Positions 12,050 to 25,147 are shown, counted from the stretch's first letter. The stretch: 64,000 nucleotides of DNA from Octopus bimaculoides (GCF_001194135.2 NC_068992.1:1494561-1558560); one strand, 5' to 3'. Notes: generated by a model not told the origin, from the letters alone. Numbers and translations are program-made.

Positions 12050-14142
12050 NNNNNNNNNNNNNNNNNNNNNNNNNNNNNNNNNNNNNNNNNNNNNNNNNNN
12101 NNNNNNNNNNNNNNNNNNNNNNNNNNNNNNNNNNNNNNNNNNNNNNNNNNNNNNNNNNNNNNNNNNNNNNNNNNNATATATATATATTATATACATACAC
12201 ATAAAAACACAAACACGCACGAATACACACATATATATGGTGAGAAACTTGCACACGCGCTCGCCCACGCATACGCACACATTTACTTGCATAAACACAC
12301 ACACACACACACACATACACCCGTCCGCGCTAATTATGTCGGATGTACAAGGAAAAGAAAATTGTTCAACCTGAACAAACCGAATAATTACACTTATTTA
12401 AATGTATATGAACGTTGTGTTTAAATTTGTGTATGTTTTAATGCATTCATATTAATTAAAGTAAATATTGTTTAAAGAAGTTACACATTAATGTCAATCA
12501 TTCATGAAAATTAAGAATATATTGAACTTCGTTGATTATATATTGAACTAAAATAGCTTTCAACACATTACTTTTTATTTGAAGTATTTACTCCAGGGTG
12601 TTTTTATCAAGACCATTGCGAAATAGTTTTTGAAATTAACTTTCCTAGGAGGATACTGTATTTGGTTCTGCCAAGGTTGACTATAATTAATGTGTAAAGT
12701 TATGGTTTATTGATAAATACTGGTTCTTAATTTTGTAGATTATAGGATTTCGTGGTAATTGTGAAGTTATAAGATCTGGAAATTTTTCACATCTATATAA
12801 TTGGCCCCTGATTAAATTAATAAGTTTTTCTCCTTTGATATCACACTTGATCTGATTCCTAATCTATTGCTTCCATCCGTGACCATCCTGCTTTTGTACA
12901 ACGCCGAATACATTAACTAATAAATTATTTTGATGAGAAATATAATGAAACGTACTGGAAATTAGTTGCGCTTTCTCGCTGGCTAATTGACCACGTAGAG
13001 GCTCGATCGTTAAGAGAGAAGGAAAAAAATTTGGAACGATTACTTGATGGCATGTATATAAGAATGTCGCTCTATTAGTTGCTGGCACTGTTTTATATGC
13101 TCTAGTACAAGATGTTCGGTATGAAAGCGTGTTATTGTTTTGGGTGATTCTTACAGTACTTTCTGTGATGATTGAGTTATTATATTTGAAAACCTTTGTA
13201 TAAATTATTTTGTTTGACATAATTCATTGTGTGAGTTATGTTGCTTTTGTTACATACGTTGTAAACTGCTTTCAGTAGACGAATATCATTTCGAATTTGA
13301 GTAGCACAGTAACTATCTTGAGTAGCACAGGAAATATTTGAAATGTCTGCCGCGTTCCGAGATACTGAAGGAAAACATAACTTTCTATATGAACTTAACA
13401 ATTCCTCAAGATTTGTGTATAAAGTGTTACAGAAAATGTATGACAACGAAATTGTACGTGACATATGTTGAGTATTGTAAAAATATCAGAAACAGAAAAC
13501 GATCAGTTGAAGATTGCGTTGTCGGTGTGAAAAAAAAGTGATGTTAGACGGGAGAGTGTAAGACATTAAATGTACAAAGAAGAAACAAGGTAATATTTAC
13601 GTGTGTAAACATGAGGAATTGTTGCTTGACGTTTCCAATCGAATGTGTTGCTATTTATTTCTCACATCACTGACAGTAGACAGAATATTCCTAATTTTGT
13701 TAGAATCGAAGTGTTGACACATTTGAGGGAAGACATGAAAAAAGGTGTTGGCCTCAAACATATCAGGTTAGTACCACCGCTAGACGTATGAATTACGACT
13801 TTGGTCACTGCTTGGAAGTATGGTCTAGAGCGAGAAAAAGTGTGATATGCGACATATATATCCAAACATTCTGAATATATGATGTTTGATTGTGTGAGTC
13901 TCAGTTGATAAGTGTCTTGTTAGACATTATATTTCCTTTCCTATCTTGTTTATGAATAAAGCTGTGGTGCATAAATCCCCACTCCAAAAGTTATTGTGAA
14001 GTTGTTCCATTGATATGAAGTTTAGAAAACTGACAGAAAAAATTATGAAGTTTGGAAAGTAGAAATGCTGATATTGCACTGAAGAAATATAATGTGAGTA
14101 CGGGCGAATCCATTTATATGCGATTGCGTGTATAAAGGATAA

Positions 14143-14193
14143 TCTCTCTCTCTCTCTCTTTCTCTCTCTGTCTCTCTCTCTCTCACACACACA

Positions 14194-14233
<40 letters not shown>

Positions 14234-14260
14234 CACACACGTACATACACACATACATAG
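14143..14260. repeat. (CT)n(CA)n compound microsatellite
   Basis: Directly visible. Confidence 0.95.
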
Positions 14261-14659
14261 ACGCACGTTTTCGAATGAACAGGAACAATAGCACCTGTGC
14301 TGCGGATAGTTATAAGTAAAATGCTGGAAGATATGTCTAGACAGAAAACTAAGCTCACACTTATCTGGACAGATTATTGACAATAATAGACGGTGCTCCA
14401 CATATGTGGTATTTGGGAAGTATGCATTATATAGTGACAATGTGAAACAAGTATATTTTATCGAAACAAATATGCAAAGCATTAAATCTTACCTTATGCT
14501 TTAGTAGGCGAATAGTGTCCTTTCATTATCAACTGTACTAATCAACTGCATTATTTAGGATTACTAAAATTTATTACTATACTCTTGCAAACTACAAAAC
14601 CATTAATCACATTACAAGTGTAATGTCTTCAATAGCTATTTCTTCAGTAGATATTTCTT

Positions 14660-14915
14660 CCCCTGGCACTCCGTCGGTCACGACGACGCGGGTTCCAGTT
14701 GATTCGTGAAATTAAAGTGCAAGTGTTTGAGCATTCTACAGACTCGCACACCTTTAGAATAGTCCTCGGGAAGATTCGACGCGAGAGAGAATAATAAAAG
14801 GCTAGCCATTTGAAAATACAGGTACAACTGATTTTGCCAGCTGTGTGGACAGGAGCTAGGTGAAATAAAGCGCCAGGAATCGAACTCACGACCTTTCGAT
14901 CGTGAGCCAACTACC
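14660..14915 (-). mobile_element. tRNA-headed SINE, family D
   Basis: Reverse complement has a B-box-like GTGAGTTCGATTCC, core CCACACAGCTGGCAAAAT and tail AACTGGAACCCGCGTCGTCGTGACCGACGGAGTGCCAG. The tail is shared with 20255-20565. Confidence 0.75.
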
Positions 14916-14993
14916 TTTAACGGTGAAGTCAGGCGCCTTCATCCGACGGACATCATTGAAACACACCATCCAGTTTTCATAAAGGATATTGTA

Positions 14994-15955
14994 TATTGAT
15001 TGTCAACTTCACAGATCAGATCACTACAATAGTAATTAAAGTATATGAAATTGATCCAACCAAGCACCAAGCTTTCAATTTTGCATCAGTATTGAACAAA
15101 ATTCCGCGCATAGCATTTGAAAGAGATCGAAAGAGGTGGAAATCCGTTGTTGCCAAATCAGGAGAGTATGGCAGGTGTAGTAGCACTTCCCAGCCATGCG
15201 TTTGAATGGCTTCCTTCCTCATATTGGCGATATGAAGGCGGACGTTGTCGTGAAGCAGAAGAACTCCATGCTGCCGATTAGGTATTTTCTCTTGAAAGGC
15301 GTTTTGAGCCGTTCCATCGTTGCTTATGCCCATGAGTTAAGCGGTGACGAGCAAGCAAACTAGCGGAGATTGTGGCTCGTTGATTTTTGTTGTTGACATT
15401 TAAAACATGCGGACCTCATGCTCCATACTTCTGAACCTTTCCCATCGAGTGAAGATGCTTCTCTATAGCAGTGTGGGAACGTGCCATTTTCTCCTATCAG
15501 TTCTCTTGTCATTTGACGAGAATTTTCGTGCAAAAGTTGGTTTAATCGCTCTTCATCAATCTCAAATGGACGGCCAGGACGAGGTGCATCTTTGAGTTCA
15601 AAATTTCCATTTTTGAACTTGGCATACCAATCACGAGCGGTTCTTTCAGCTACGGCACCGTCTCCATACACAGCACAAATGTCGTGAGCAGCTTTTGCGG
15701 CCTTAGAAACTTGATTAAAAGCAAAACGAAGGCGTCGAAAATGTTCGTTTTTCTTAACTTGACATTACATTTTAATGATCTGAAAATAAACAAACATCGG
15801 CTAAAATTAACTAGAAAAAAAAAATACATTACAGAATGATTCAAATATAGAATTCTCGAAACAAAAAAAATAAGATGCCAAAATTTAAGAACAAAATAAA
15901 CTCCAAAATAAAAAAAAATAGATCAAACGACGGGAACTTAGTTGCCAAACCAATA
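14994..15955 (-). mobile_element. Mariner relic (second family), internally deleted
   Basis: ORFs 15360-15671 (YGDGAVAERTARDWYAKFKNGNFELKDAPRPGRP) and 15016-15333 (LLHDN...WEVLLHLPYSPDLATTDFHLFRSL) are mariner HTH and DD34D C-terminal motifs. A TIR TATTGGTTTGGCAACTAAGT reads inward from 15955, and a decayed counterpart TATTGATTGTCAACT lies at 14994. Confidence 0.92.
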
Positions 15956-16009
15956 GTTAGATTACACAAGTTTGCATTTTAAATTAAATGACTGATGATT
16001 GTCTCCTTA

Positions 16010-16975
16010 TAGGCCATTCTGAATCATTTTTAATAATGAATTCAAATGTTTTTAGTTTTTGCCTATCACGTACAGATTTTCACAAATATTATGATTTTTC
16101 TTGTTATTCATTCCGTTTTGTGGCGGATTCTTAGGTAAAATTATGATGCAGTAAAGAACAAATGATTAATGTACAAATTAATAATGTATGTGGGTCTACA
16201 TATTGACTAAATATATATTTCTGATGCACTTACAATGGTTTTAAAGTAGTTTTACACCTTTTCAAAGTTCTTTTCCTGTGATTTCCTTCCAGCTTTAGGT
16301 TGCTGTTTGCAGTCACTTTAGAGTCCAGCAGTAATCCGCCATCATGTTTAGATTCCACCTCCCCTGGTAGCTCCGATCCATTTCTTTAATATCCTGGTGA
16401 AATTTCTCACCATGCTCTTCAATGAAATTGCCAAGATTCTCCGGGAAATAGCCAAGGTGTGAGTGAAGAAAGTGAATTTTAACACTCATGTTGCACGCAA
16501 GCATTTTGAAGTTTTGCAACATATTATTAACTATGACTTCGTAATTTGAACACCTATTGTTTCCCAAAATGTTCTCGATAATAGACCTGAAGCTCACCTA
16601 TGTCTATTTTTGAGATTCATTCATGGACTTCTCGTAACCTGGGTCTTTCGTTAGATTACGAATGTCAGGACCAACAAATAATCCTGCTTTTATTTTCTCA
16701 CTGGTTATATTTAGGTATTTTTCTGAGAGTTACTGCAAACTATGGTCCATCTACAGGCGAAGATTTAACGAACTGCTTCATCAAACCCAGTTTGGTGTGC
16801 AAAGGTGGTAGCAATAATTTTGTAGGGTCAATCAAGGGTTCGTACATAATATTTGAATCCGGGTAACCAACGTCTCCCATCTGGCCAGTTTTTAACCATC
16901 CAGTGCTTTTCTTTAAGCTCTGCTGTCCAGTTCACATACGAAAAACGGAATGTGTGTATAGCCTGCCTGCTAGCG
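16010..16975 (-). mobile_element. DNA transposase relic, Chapaev3-like (CMC superfamily)
   Basis: Broken frames give QAGYTHIPFFVCELDSRA, LLLPPLHTKLGLMKQFVK, EKIKAGLFVGPDIR and (ORF 16313-16597) MSVKIHFLHSHLGYFPENLG..EEHGEKFHQDIKEMDRSYQGRW..MMADYCWTLK. The transposase call is firm; the Chapaev3 label is from memory of the motif. Confidence 0.8.
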
Positions 16976-17099
16976 TAAACGAATGCCTATAATTTTGAAA
17001 TCTCCACACGCTTGCATGTAGTATTCTGCATACTTTATATTTAGCAAAATTTTTTGTTTACATTTTCATACGTCTCCTCTAGTTGTATAGAATGTCTAT

Positions 17100-17265
17100 A
17101 CTATTATTATACTATTATTATTATCAGTATTATAAATATTATTATCACTATCACTATCCTCACCACCACCACCACCACCATCACCACCACCACCATGATC
17201 ATGATCATCATCATCATCATGATCAGTAACAACAGCAACAACAACAACAATAATAATAATAATAA
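17100..17265. repeat. Trinucleotide ladder (TAT)-(CAC)-(CAT)-(CAA)-(TAA)
   Basis: Directly visible. Confidence 0.9.
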
Positions 17266-17389
17266 GGTGAGCTGGCAGATTCGTTAGCGCGCAGAACGAA
17301 GTTCTTAGCGGTGCTTCGCTTGTCACTACTTTCTGAGTTCAAATTCCGCGGAGGTCGATTTTACCGGCCTTGTGTCTATAGTAGAAAGG

Positions 17390-17390
<1 letters not shown>
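17266..17390 (+). mobile_element. SINE family A, internally deleted
   Basis: Head GGTGAGCTGGCAGATTCGTTAGC...GAGTTCAAATTCCGCGGAGGTCGA is joined directly to tail GGCCTTGTGTCTATAGTAGAAAGGA (compare 33769-33983). Confidence 0.8.
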
Positions 17391-17424
<34 letters not shown>

Positions 17425-17505
17425 TATTATTATTATTATTATTATATTATTATTATTATTATTACTACCATCATCATCAGTGGTGGTGGTTGTGGTGGTG
17501 GCGGC

Positions 17506-17536
<31 letters not shown>

Positions 17537-17537
17537 C
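17391..17537. repeat. Trinucleotide ladder (TTA)-(CAT)-(GGT)-(AGT)
   Basis: Directly visible. Confidence 0.9.
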
Positions 17538-18337
17538 TCTTATAATTATTAAATGTCCTAAGTATTTTCAACGTTCGTCAATGAAAACCAATTAACATCA
17601 TATCGATTTTGCTTTTTTTTATGATTGCGGTGGGGAAATAAACGGGAGATCGGTAATAAATTCACCTAGATCGACATTATAAAAACACAAACATGAAACG
17701 GATATAGTACCTGATATTAAAACTGAATATCTTCCAACAAAATGACAACAAACGAACGACATGAAATGAAAACGGATGCAGAGAAGTAAACCAAACAAAA
17801 TTTGTCGCTGCTACATCAGAATAGCGTTAACACTATAACAATATATCGGGCTTTTAATAACATATATATGAAATGATGTAGAGAGATTACACTGTATATT
17901 TTGTTCCACATTGGAAAGACGATGTATACATTCAGAAATAGGCCGTTAACCGGTAGTCTCTTATTTACAGTATATGTTTATAGCTGATTGCTTCCTGTGA
18001 AAGAATATTTCATGATGTATATCTAGTGAAAAATACGGATACATGCTGAAGTTTCACTAGCTTGAGCTTCAATAGTTTCCCTCCCAATATCCGAGATACT
18101 TTGACCTAAGACTGAACAGAGATTGCAGCTTTGTCTTATTTTAATCTGTCATGGATGCATACTAAGTATGGTACAAGATGGTGAATATTGTAAGGTCCAC
18201 GTTTTTCTATGTACCAAATTGATACCTTGGAGAAAGTGAATCTAAACCACTCATATCTACAAAATGCAGAATTTCGAACAGGACATTTCAGTATGTATCT
18301 AAAGAGGAATTGTTTGTTAAGAAATTTCGAGTCACAG

Positions 18338-18490
18338 CTATGGAGGTGTAGTTAAGAAAGTTGCTGGGCAATTATGAAGTTATAGTTCAGTCCAATTGTG
18401 CAACATCATGGGCATGTGTCTTCTACGGTAGGCTCAAACAAAAATCTCGTGGCTGAATTCAGCAGACGGAAACTGTGTAGAAGGCAGTCA
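18338..18490 (+). mobile_element. SINE family B, decayed 5' part
   Basis: GTTCAGTCC...CATGGGCATGTGTCTTCTAC...AGACGGAAACTG matches 47567-47730. Confidence 0.55.
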
Positions 18491-19147
18491 TGCTTATGTA
18501 TAAATATATAAAATAATGGAATAATTACTGTGAAACATTGTGTAGAATATATTACATAAAAGATCGTGGGTAAGGCCAAAACAATGCAAGGTAAATGCAA
18601 GGTAAATCACAAGAAAACAAATATTGAATACAAGGTAAGTCTACATTAATTCACGTATTTGNNNNNNNNNNNNNNNNNNNNNNNNNNNNNNNNNNNNNNN
18701 NNNNNNNNNNNNNNNNNNNNNNNNNNNNNNNNNNNNNNNNNNNNNNNNNNNNNNNNNNNNNNNNNNNNNNNNNNNNNNNNNNNNNNNNNNNNNNNNNNNN
18801 NNNNNNNNNNNNNNNNNNNNNNNNNNNNNNNNNNNNNNNNNNNNNNNNNNNNNNNNNNNNNNNNNNNNNNNNNNNNNNNNNNNNNNNNNNNNNNNNNNNN
18901 NNNNNNNNNNNNNNNNNNNNNNNNNNNNNNNNNNNNNNNNNNNNNNNNNNNNNNNNNNNNNNNNNNNNNNNNNNNNNNNNNNNNNNNNNNNNNNNNNNNN
19001 NNNNNNNNNNNNNNNNNNNNNNNNNNNNNNNNNNNNNNNNNNNNNNNNNNNNNNNNNNNNNNNNNNNNNNNNNNNNNNNNNNNNNNNNNNNNNNNNNNNN
19101 NNNNNNNNNNNNNNNNNNNNNNNATATATATATATATATATATATAA

Positions 19148-19179
<32 letters not shown>

Positions 19180-20145
19180 ATGCGTGTCTGTATGTACGTT
19201 TTTGTATCATAGTGTGCGGCCTACGTTCAATGAATGAAAGCAGTAATAAATTATTTTCTATGCGGGTATATGTTTATGATTGTTTCAACTACGAAAATTC
19301 GCTGAAATTTATCTACCTGAAAACATTTTCAAAATTTAAAGATATCAACTTTCACTACACGTCTTGAAAAAACATAAAAAATATCAAAAGTTCAATAGTT
19401 AGAGAATTAAACATTTGTTAAATTTAAAAGAAGAGCTTGTAGCAACGTTGTCGGTTATTGATTCATACAAGATGTAGTCTTTGTTCGTTGCAGCTTATAG
19501 CAACTGTACACAACACAGAGAATCCTAATTTGCCGATTGTCAAAAGAAATGCAAGAGAGACACACTCCGAGAACCGTTCATAAATATATGAGTGTGCGCG
19601 TGCACATGTATGTCATTGTTTAGACTATGTCAAAGACTGCATAGTAATTTAGAGATACAATTGTTTATTACGAAATAATTGGATGAGACGTTGGCCACCA
19701 TTTAAGCATACCTTATGGTATATATTATATATGACATGGAACAAATACGAACAGGAAAGATAATATTCTTAAGATTATAAAGTTGGAAAAGTTCAGGACA
19801 AGTTATTACATCTGGTAATGTAGAGAACAAGACACTTTTTACTTAAAATATTGCAGCTAAGGATGAGATTTCAAATAAAATATTTAGATTTATAAAATAT
19901 TAACTTTTGTTAAAACTAAAAATTGTATTACAATTTATTATTTCTATTTGTTGTTACTTGTTACTCCTATTAAAAATTAAAAATAACTCGATTAGAATAT
20001 TTTTTGCACTTTACAAAAATTCATTTTTTATTTATAAATCAATAATTGGAAATTTGAAAATAGGTTAGACAAAATAATAATAGCACTTAGTACAATAAAT
20101 AGAATAAAACAAAAAATAGTTATATATTTCTGTGTTCCTGTGTTC

Positions 20146-20181
20146 CTTTCTGTGGAAGAGCGTAGGCTCGAAACGTTAAAG
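20146..20181 (+). ncRNA. Hammerhead-like motif (A6U core variant) in a second Penelope-like repeat
   Basis: Reads CUUU CUGUGGA A GAGC guag GCUC GAAA CG UU AAAG. Stem I has 4 bp, stem II is a perfect 4 bp with a tetraloop, and stem III is the ACGU palindrome. Position 6 is U rather than the conserved A. Confidence 0.45.
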
Positions 20182-20254
20182 ACTTTTTCAATTCCCGAGC
20201 GTTAAACTAATACAGCTGTTTGTTATATATATATATATATATATATATAGGAAA

Positions 20255-20565
20255 ATTGCGTGGTTTAGTGGTTGTTATATCATTTGGATTAGATTTTTTT
20301 AAAATCGTAGCGTTTTTTTCTTCTTGAGCAAGATACTGAATTTCATGTCGCTCCTCTGCAATCCACTACGAAAACTGAATTTGTTCTGTCAATTAAATAG
20401 CCAGCTTTGACACATTCTTTATTTCGCTGAATCTCTCTGAGAACTACGTTAAAGATACGCTTGTCTGTTGAGTGCTCATCCCCTTTTACGTTCCTTTCAC
20501 GCTCTGGTGCACCGTCGAATCGGCCAAACTGGAACCCACATTGTCGTAATCGACGGCGTACCAGT
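20255..20565 (+). mobile_element. SINE family D, decayed full-length copy
   Basis: A-box-like GCGTGGTTTAGTGGTT, then TTGAGCAAGATACT..TTTCATGTCGCTCC, and tail AACTGGAACCCACATTGTCGTAATCGACGGCGTACCAG aligning with 14660-14915. Confidence 0.7.
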
Positions 20566-20583
20566 TTAAAAATACACACGCAG

Positions 20584-20584
<1 letters not shown>

Positions 20585-20655
<71 letters not shown>

Positions 20656-20663
20656 ACACACAC
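20585..20663. repeat. (CA)n microsatellite
   Basis: Directly visible. Confidence 0.95.
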
Positions 20664-21135
20664 AAAGTCACACATAAAATCACACGCTATTTATAATTAT
20701 CGATCTCAACAACATCACTGAGCCTGACTTGCCTGCTTCACGTTATAAAAAGACGAAAAATAATCGTTATGCAAGCTCTCATGAAATTATACCTTTGCGT
20801 TTCCAGTTTCCTATCATATTATCAAACTAAAAGAGCGCCATGAGCTAACGTTTCATATCGTATAACCCAGATACAATTTCACCTTCTTAGCCAAGCTATT
20901 GAGAGAGTCAGCATTATATTTATATATGCGTTTATATACGTATTGATATATGTATCCATATATCTATATATATGGATATTCATATATCTATATTTATATA
21001 TGTATATTTCGAATGTGTTGCCTATATTCTTTTCTTCCATGACTTAGCGTATATTTTTGAAAACTATGTATTAGTATATACTATTTATATTTAGTTAATA
21101 TAATTATTATTATTATTTATTATTATTCATTATCA

Positions 21136-21248
21136 TTCTTCTTCTTCTTCTTCTTCTTCTTCTTCTTCTTCTTCTTCTTCTTCTTCTTCTTCTTCTTCTT
21201 CTTCTTCTTCTTCTTCTTCTTCTTCTTCTTCTTCTTCTTCTTCTTCTT

Positions 21249-21314
<66 letters not shown>

Positions 21315-21327
21315 ATTATTATTATTA
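21136..21327. repeat. (TTC)~47 followed by (TTA)n
   Basis: Directly visible. Confidence 0.95.
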
Positions 21328-21948
21328 TATGCTTAAATTACTTACAGTTAAAATATACAACATTGTTATATTAGTTTAAACAGGTAACTGTATTATGTAA
21401 GATATATTTAACACAATACCTTTAAAACAAAGGCATCTGCTTCCAATAAAACAAATTGTGAATGTTGTCCACGTTTTCGCCTAATATAAGCTAGTAAATT
21501 ACAGGTTTCACTACCAATGCATTACAATTATGATTTTATCACCTCAATGATGATGGTTGCCATATTGGTAGTTCACAACTATCCATTATACATATGCAAC
21601 ACATAAAAATTTACTATTATTTCTCAGCCAAGATCACAGTTTAGATCTATATTTGGTAATACAGTCAAAGAGGTACGGTTGTATGATCATGGTGGTTTAT
21701 AAATGTATTATAATAATATAATTATGTATTATAATAATTATCGGTGATTCAAAGTTGTAGTAAAAAACAACTCCGTTCAAGCTACATCCAAGTATTCCCC
21801 CCTGTTTCTCTGTCATGATTACATATGTATCACAAACGCAATAGTTTTGGTAATCCATCTGTCCCAATAATCGCAACAAAGTATTTGACATATCGCATTT
21901 TACCTCTTTCTCTTTGCTGGTCCAACTAAACGTTTCTGTAAATATTGC

Positions 21949-21988
<40 letters not shown>

Positions 21989-22115
21989 NNNNNNNNNNNN
22001 NNNNNNNNNNNNNNNNNNNNNNNNNNNNNNNNNNNNNNNNNNNNNNNNNNNNNNNNNNNNNNNNNNNNNNNNNNNNNNNNNNNNNNNNNNNNNNNNNNNN
22101 NNNNNNNNNNNNNNN

Positions 22116-22160
<45 letters not shown>

Positions 22161-22889
22161 TATTTATGAGTCTATACTGTTATGTCTGCAACATACACAA
22201 CTCAACGCATTTTCCCACACTGTTGCACATATTGTCAGCAATTCTCTCTCAACTATATTTTAATTTATATGTCCATGTCCGTCACCATATATACAAAAAT
22301 ACACAGGCACACGCGCGCGCACATATATATATATGGGAGTGTATATGTATTTAGATATATGGTGAGATGTCCAATAAAACAAAACCAGTTATGTGTGCCG
22401 TCATACCGATATTTGTTTCGTTAATTTGTAAACTGATCGTTTGAACAAGAGACATAAACGTTAGTAGGTTTTTGAAGAACCTACCTAAGAACTTGCAAAA
22501 TGTTATTTCTTTAGATGCCATGGAGGCTATAATATATTTTATATATACTCTGTTGTAGTACAAATCACATCAAATACGAACTATATGTACAATAGTGTGT
22601 CCTTTCAGGGCTATATATTACGACTTCACTACAGCAGCAGTGGGAGTTATTACGCCTTGTAATATTCCTTAATACTGTTTGATGTTGTTGAGCCACACGA
22701 TTTAGCTTTTCCAAATTTTTCTCTTCCATACACTGCATAACATTCTTTCACTCTATCATATTTTCAATTTCTATTTCCCTTTTACCTCGGCATTCATTTT
22801 CATATTCTCCTCTTCCCTCTAACGACTTTTCTCACTCACTATGTTCGATTCTACCGGTATATGAAAATATCTCTTACAGCGAATGCCTA

Positions 22890-23445
<556 letters not shown>

Positions 23446-24315
23446 ATGTTCGCTTCTTAATAACAGAGTGTTTTTTTTCTTGTAATTCTAATAAGGTTAA
23501 CCTGACAAGTACATAAGATACCCAGAGTAAAATGTTCGAGTACTTTGATATTACCCGGCTGCTTATATGCTTATACACCCATATTGATTTCTTTGTGTAT
23601 GCATGTATGTGATAGTATGTGCTTTTATGTATATTCTTGTGTGTGTATTCTTGTGCATATGTGCACGTTTCTACACCTGCGGTATAATATATCCGGTTAT
23701 TTTACAATTTCTTTGAATTGATATTCTAACCCAGCTTTGATTTACTGCTGTTATTATTTTCCTTCTTGTATCATCCCAATGCCCCCCCTAAAAGTCATGA
23801 TTTTCGCACAATCTCATTTCCCTTCCTAGATAACTCTAATAAGTTTTACGATAGATGTATGTGTCTATGTATGTGTGTGTGTGCATATATATATATATAT
23901 ANNNNNNNNNNNNNNNNNNNNNNNNNNNNNNNNNNNNNNNNNNNNNNNNNNNNNNNNNNNNNNNNNNNNNNNNNNNNNNNNNNNNNNNNNNNNNNNNNNN
24001 NNNNNNNNNNNNNNNNNNNNNNNNNNNNNNNNNNNNNNNNNNNNNNNNNNNNNNNNNNNNNNNNNNNNNNNNNNNNNNNNNNNNNNNNNNNNNNNNNNNN
24101 NNNNNNNNNNNNNNNNNNNNNNNNNNNNNNNNNNNNNNNNNNNNNNNNNNNNNNNNNNNNNNNNNNNNNNNNNNNNNNNNNNNNNNNNNNNNNNNNNNNN
24201 NNNNNNNNNNNNNNNNNNNNNNNNNNNNNNNNNNNNNNNNNNNNNNNNNNNNNNNNNNNNNNNNNNNNNNNNNNNNNNNNNNNNNNNNNNNNNNNNNNNN
24301 NNNNNNNNNNNNNNN

Positions 24316-24388
<73 letters not shown>

Positions 24389-25031
24389 ACACGTGTACAT
24401 ATATGAAATCGATAGACACATACACACATGCACATTTGTAAACGGATACGCGCACATACTAATACATACTCATACGGAGACCTGCAGTTATACAGATATC
24501 TGTTAGTATAATGATATGCTTTGAAGCGACTAAGTTTTCTTTTCTGTCTTTTTAAACTCATATATCAAATGAATTTCAAATGTATGACGTATTACCTTAA
24601 ACGCTTTAAGTTTCTTCACTATTATTGTATTACACACGACAAATGAAAATTCTATAACCTGTAAAGATGCCGCTTTGGAGATTTTATATGTGCATACATA
24701 TCGCACATCAGAGATAAAGCACTAAATATCTATAAAACATCTTGATAGTAGAAAATATAATCAGACTTACATGCAAGAGCCCAGAGGGGAACAGAATGAG
24801 AGGATTAAAGTTTATGTAACAAAGTTGAACATTTTCTATAGGTAACAGCAATGCCTCTCTATCCATAACTTTCTCTCTCTTCCTTCCACTCTTTCCCCCC
24901 TCCTCCTTTCTCTCAAAATTTCTAGATATATGTATACGTATACTCACATATACATATACATATAGAAATATGTGTGCGTGTATGTATAAGAGTATACACA
25001 CGCACTATACGTATGCATAACTCTTTATCTT

Positions 25032-25062
<31 letters not shown>

Positions 25063-25147
25063 GTGTGTATGTGTGAGTGTGTGTGTGTGTATGTGTGTGT
25101 CTATATATATACATATAAGTATGGGGGCTGTGGAATTAGTTGCATAT

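Noticed and set aside
14493-14532. AG...GTAAGA-bounded 40-nt minus segment
   Set aside because: All three frames contain stops.
20343-20675. Protein-looking 110-aa minus ORF (FGRFDGAPERERNVKG...)
   Set aside because: It is the antisense of a family D SINE plus a (CA)n tract.
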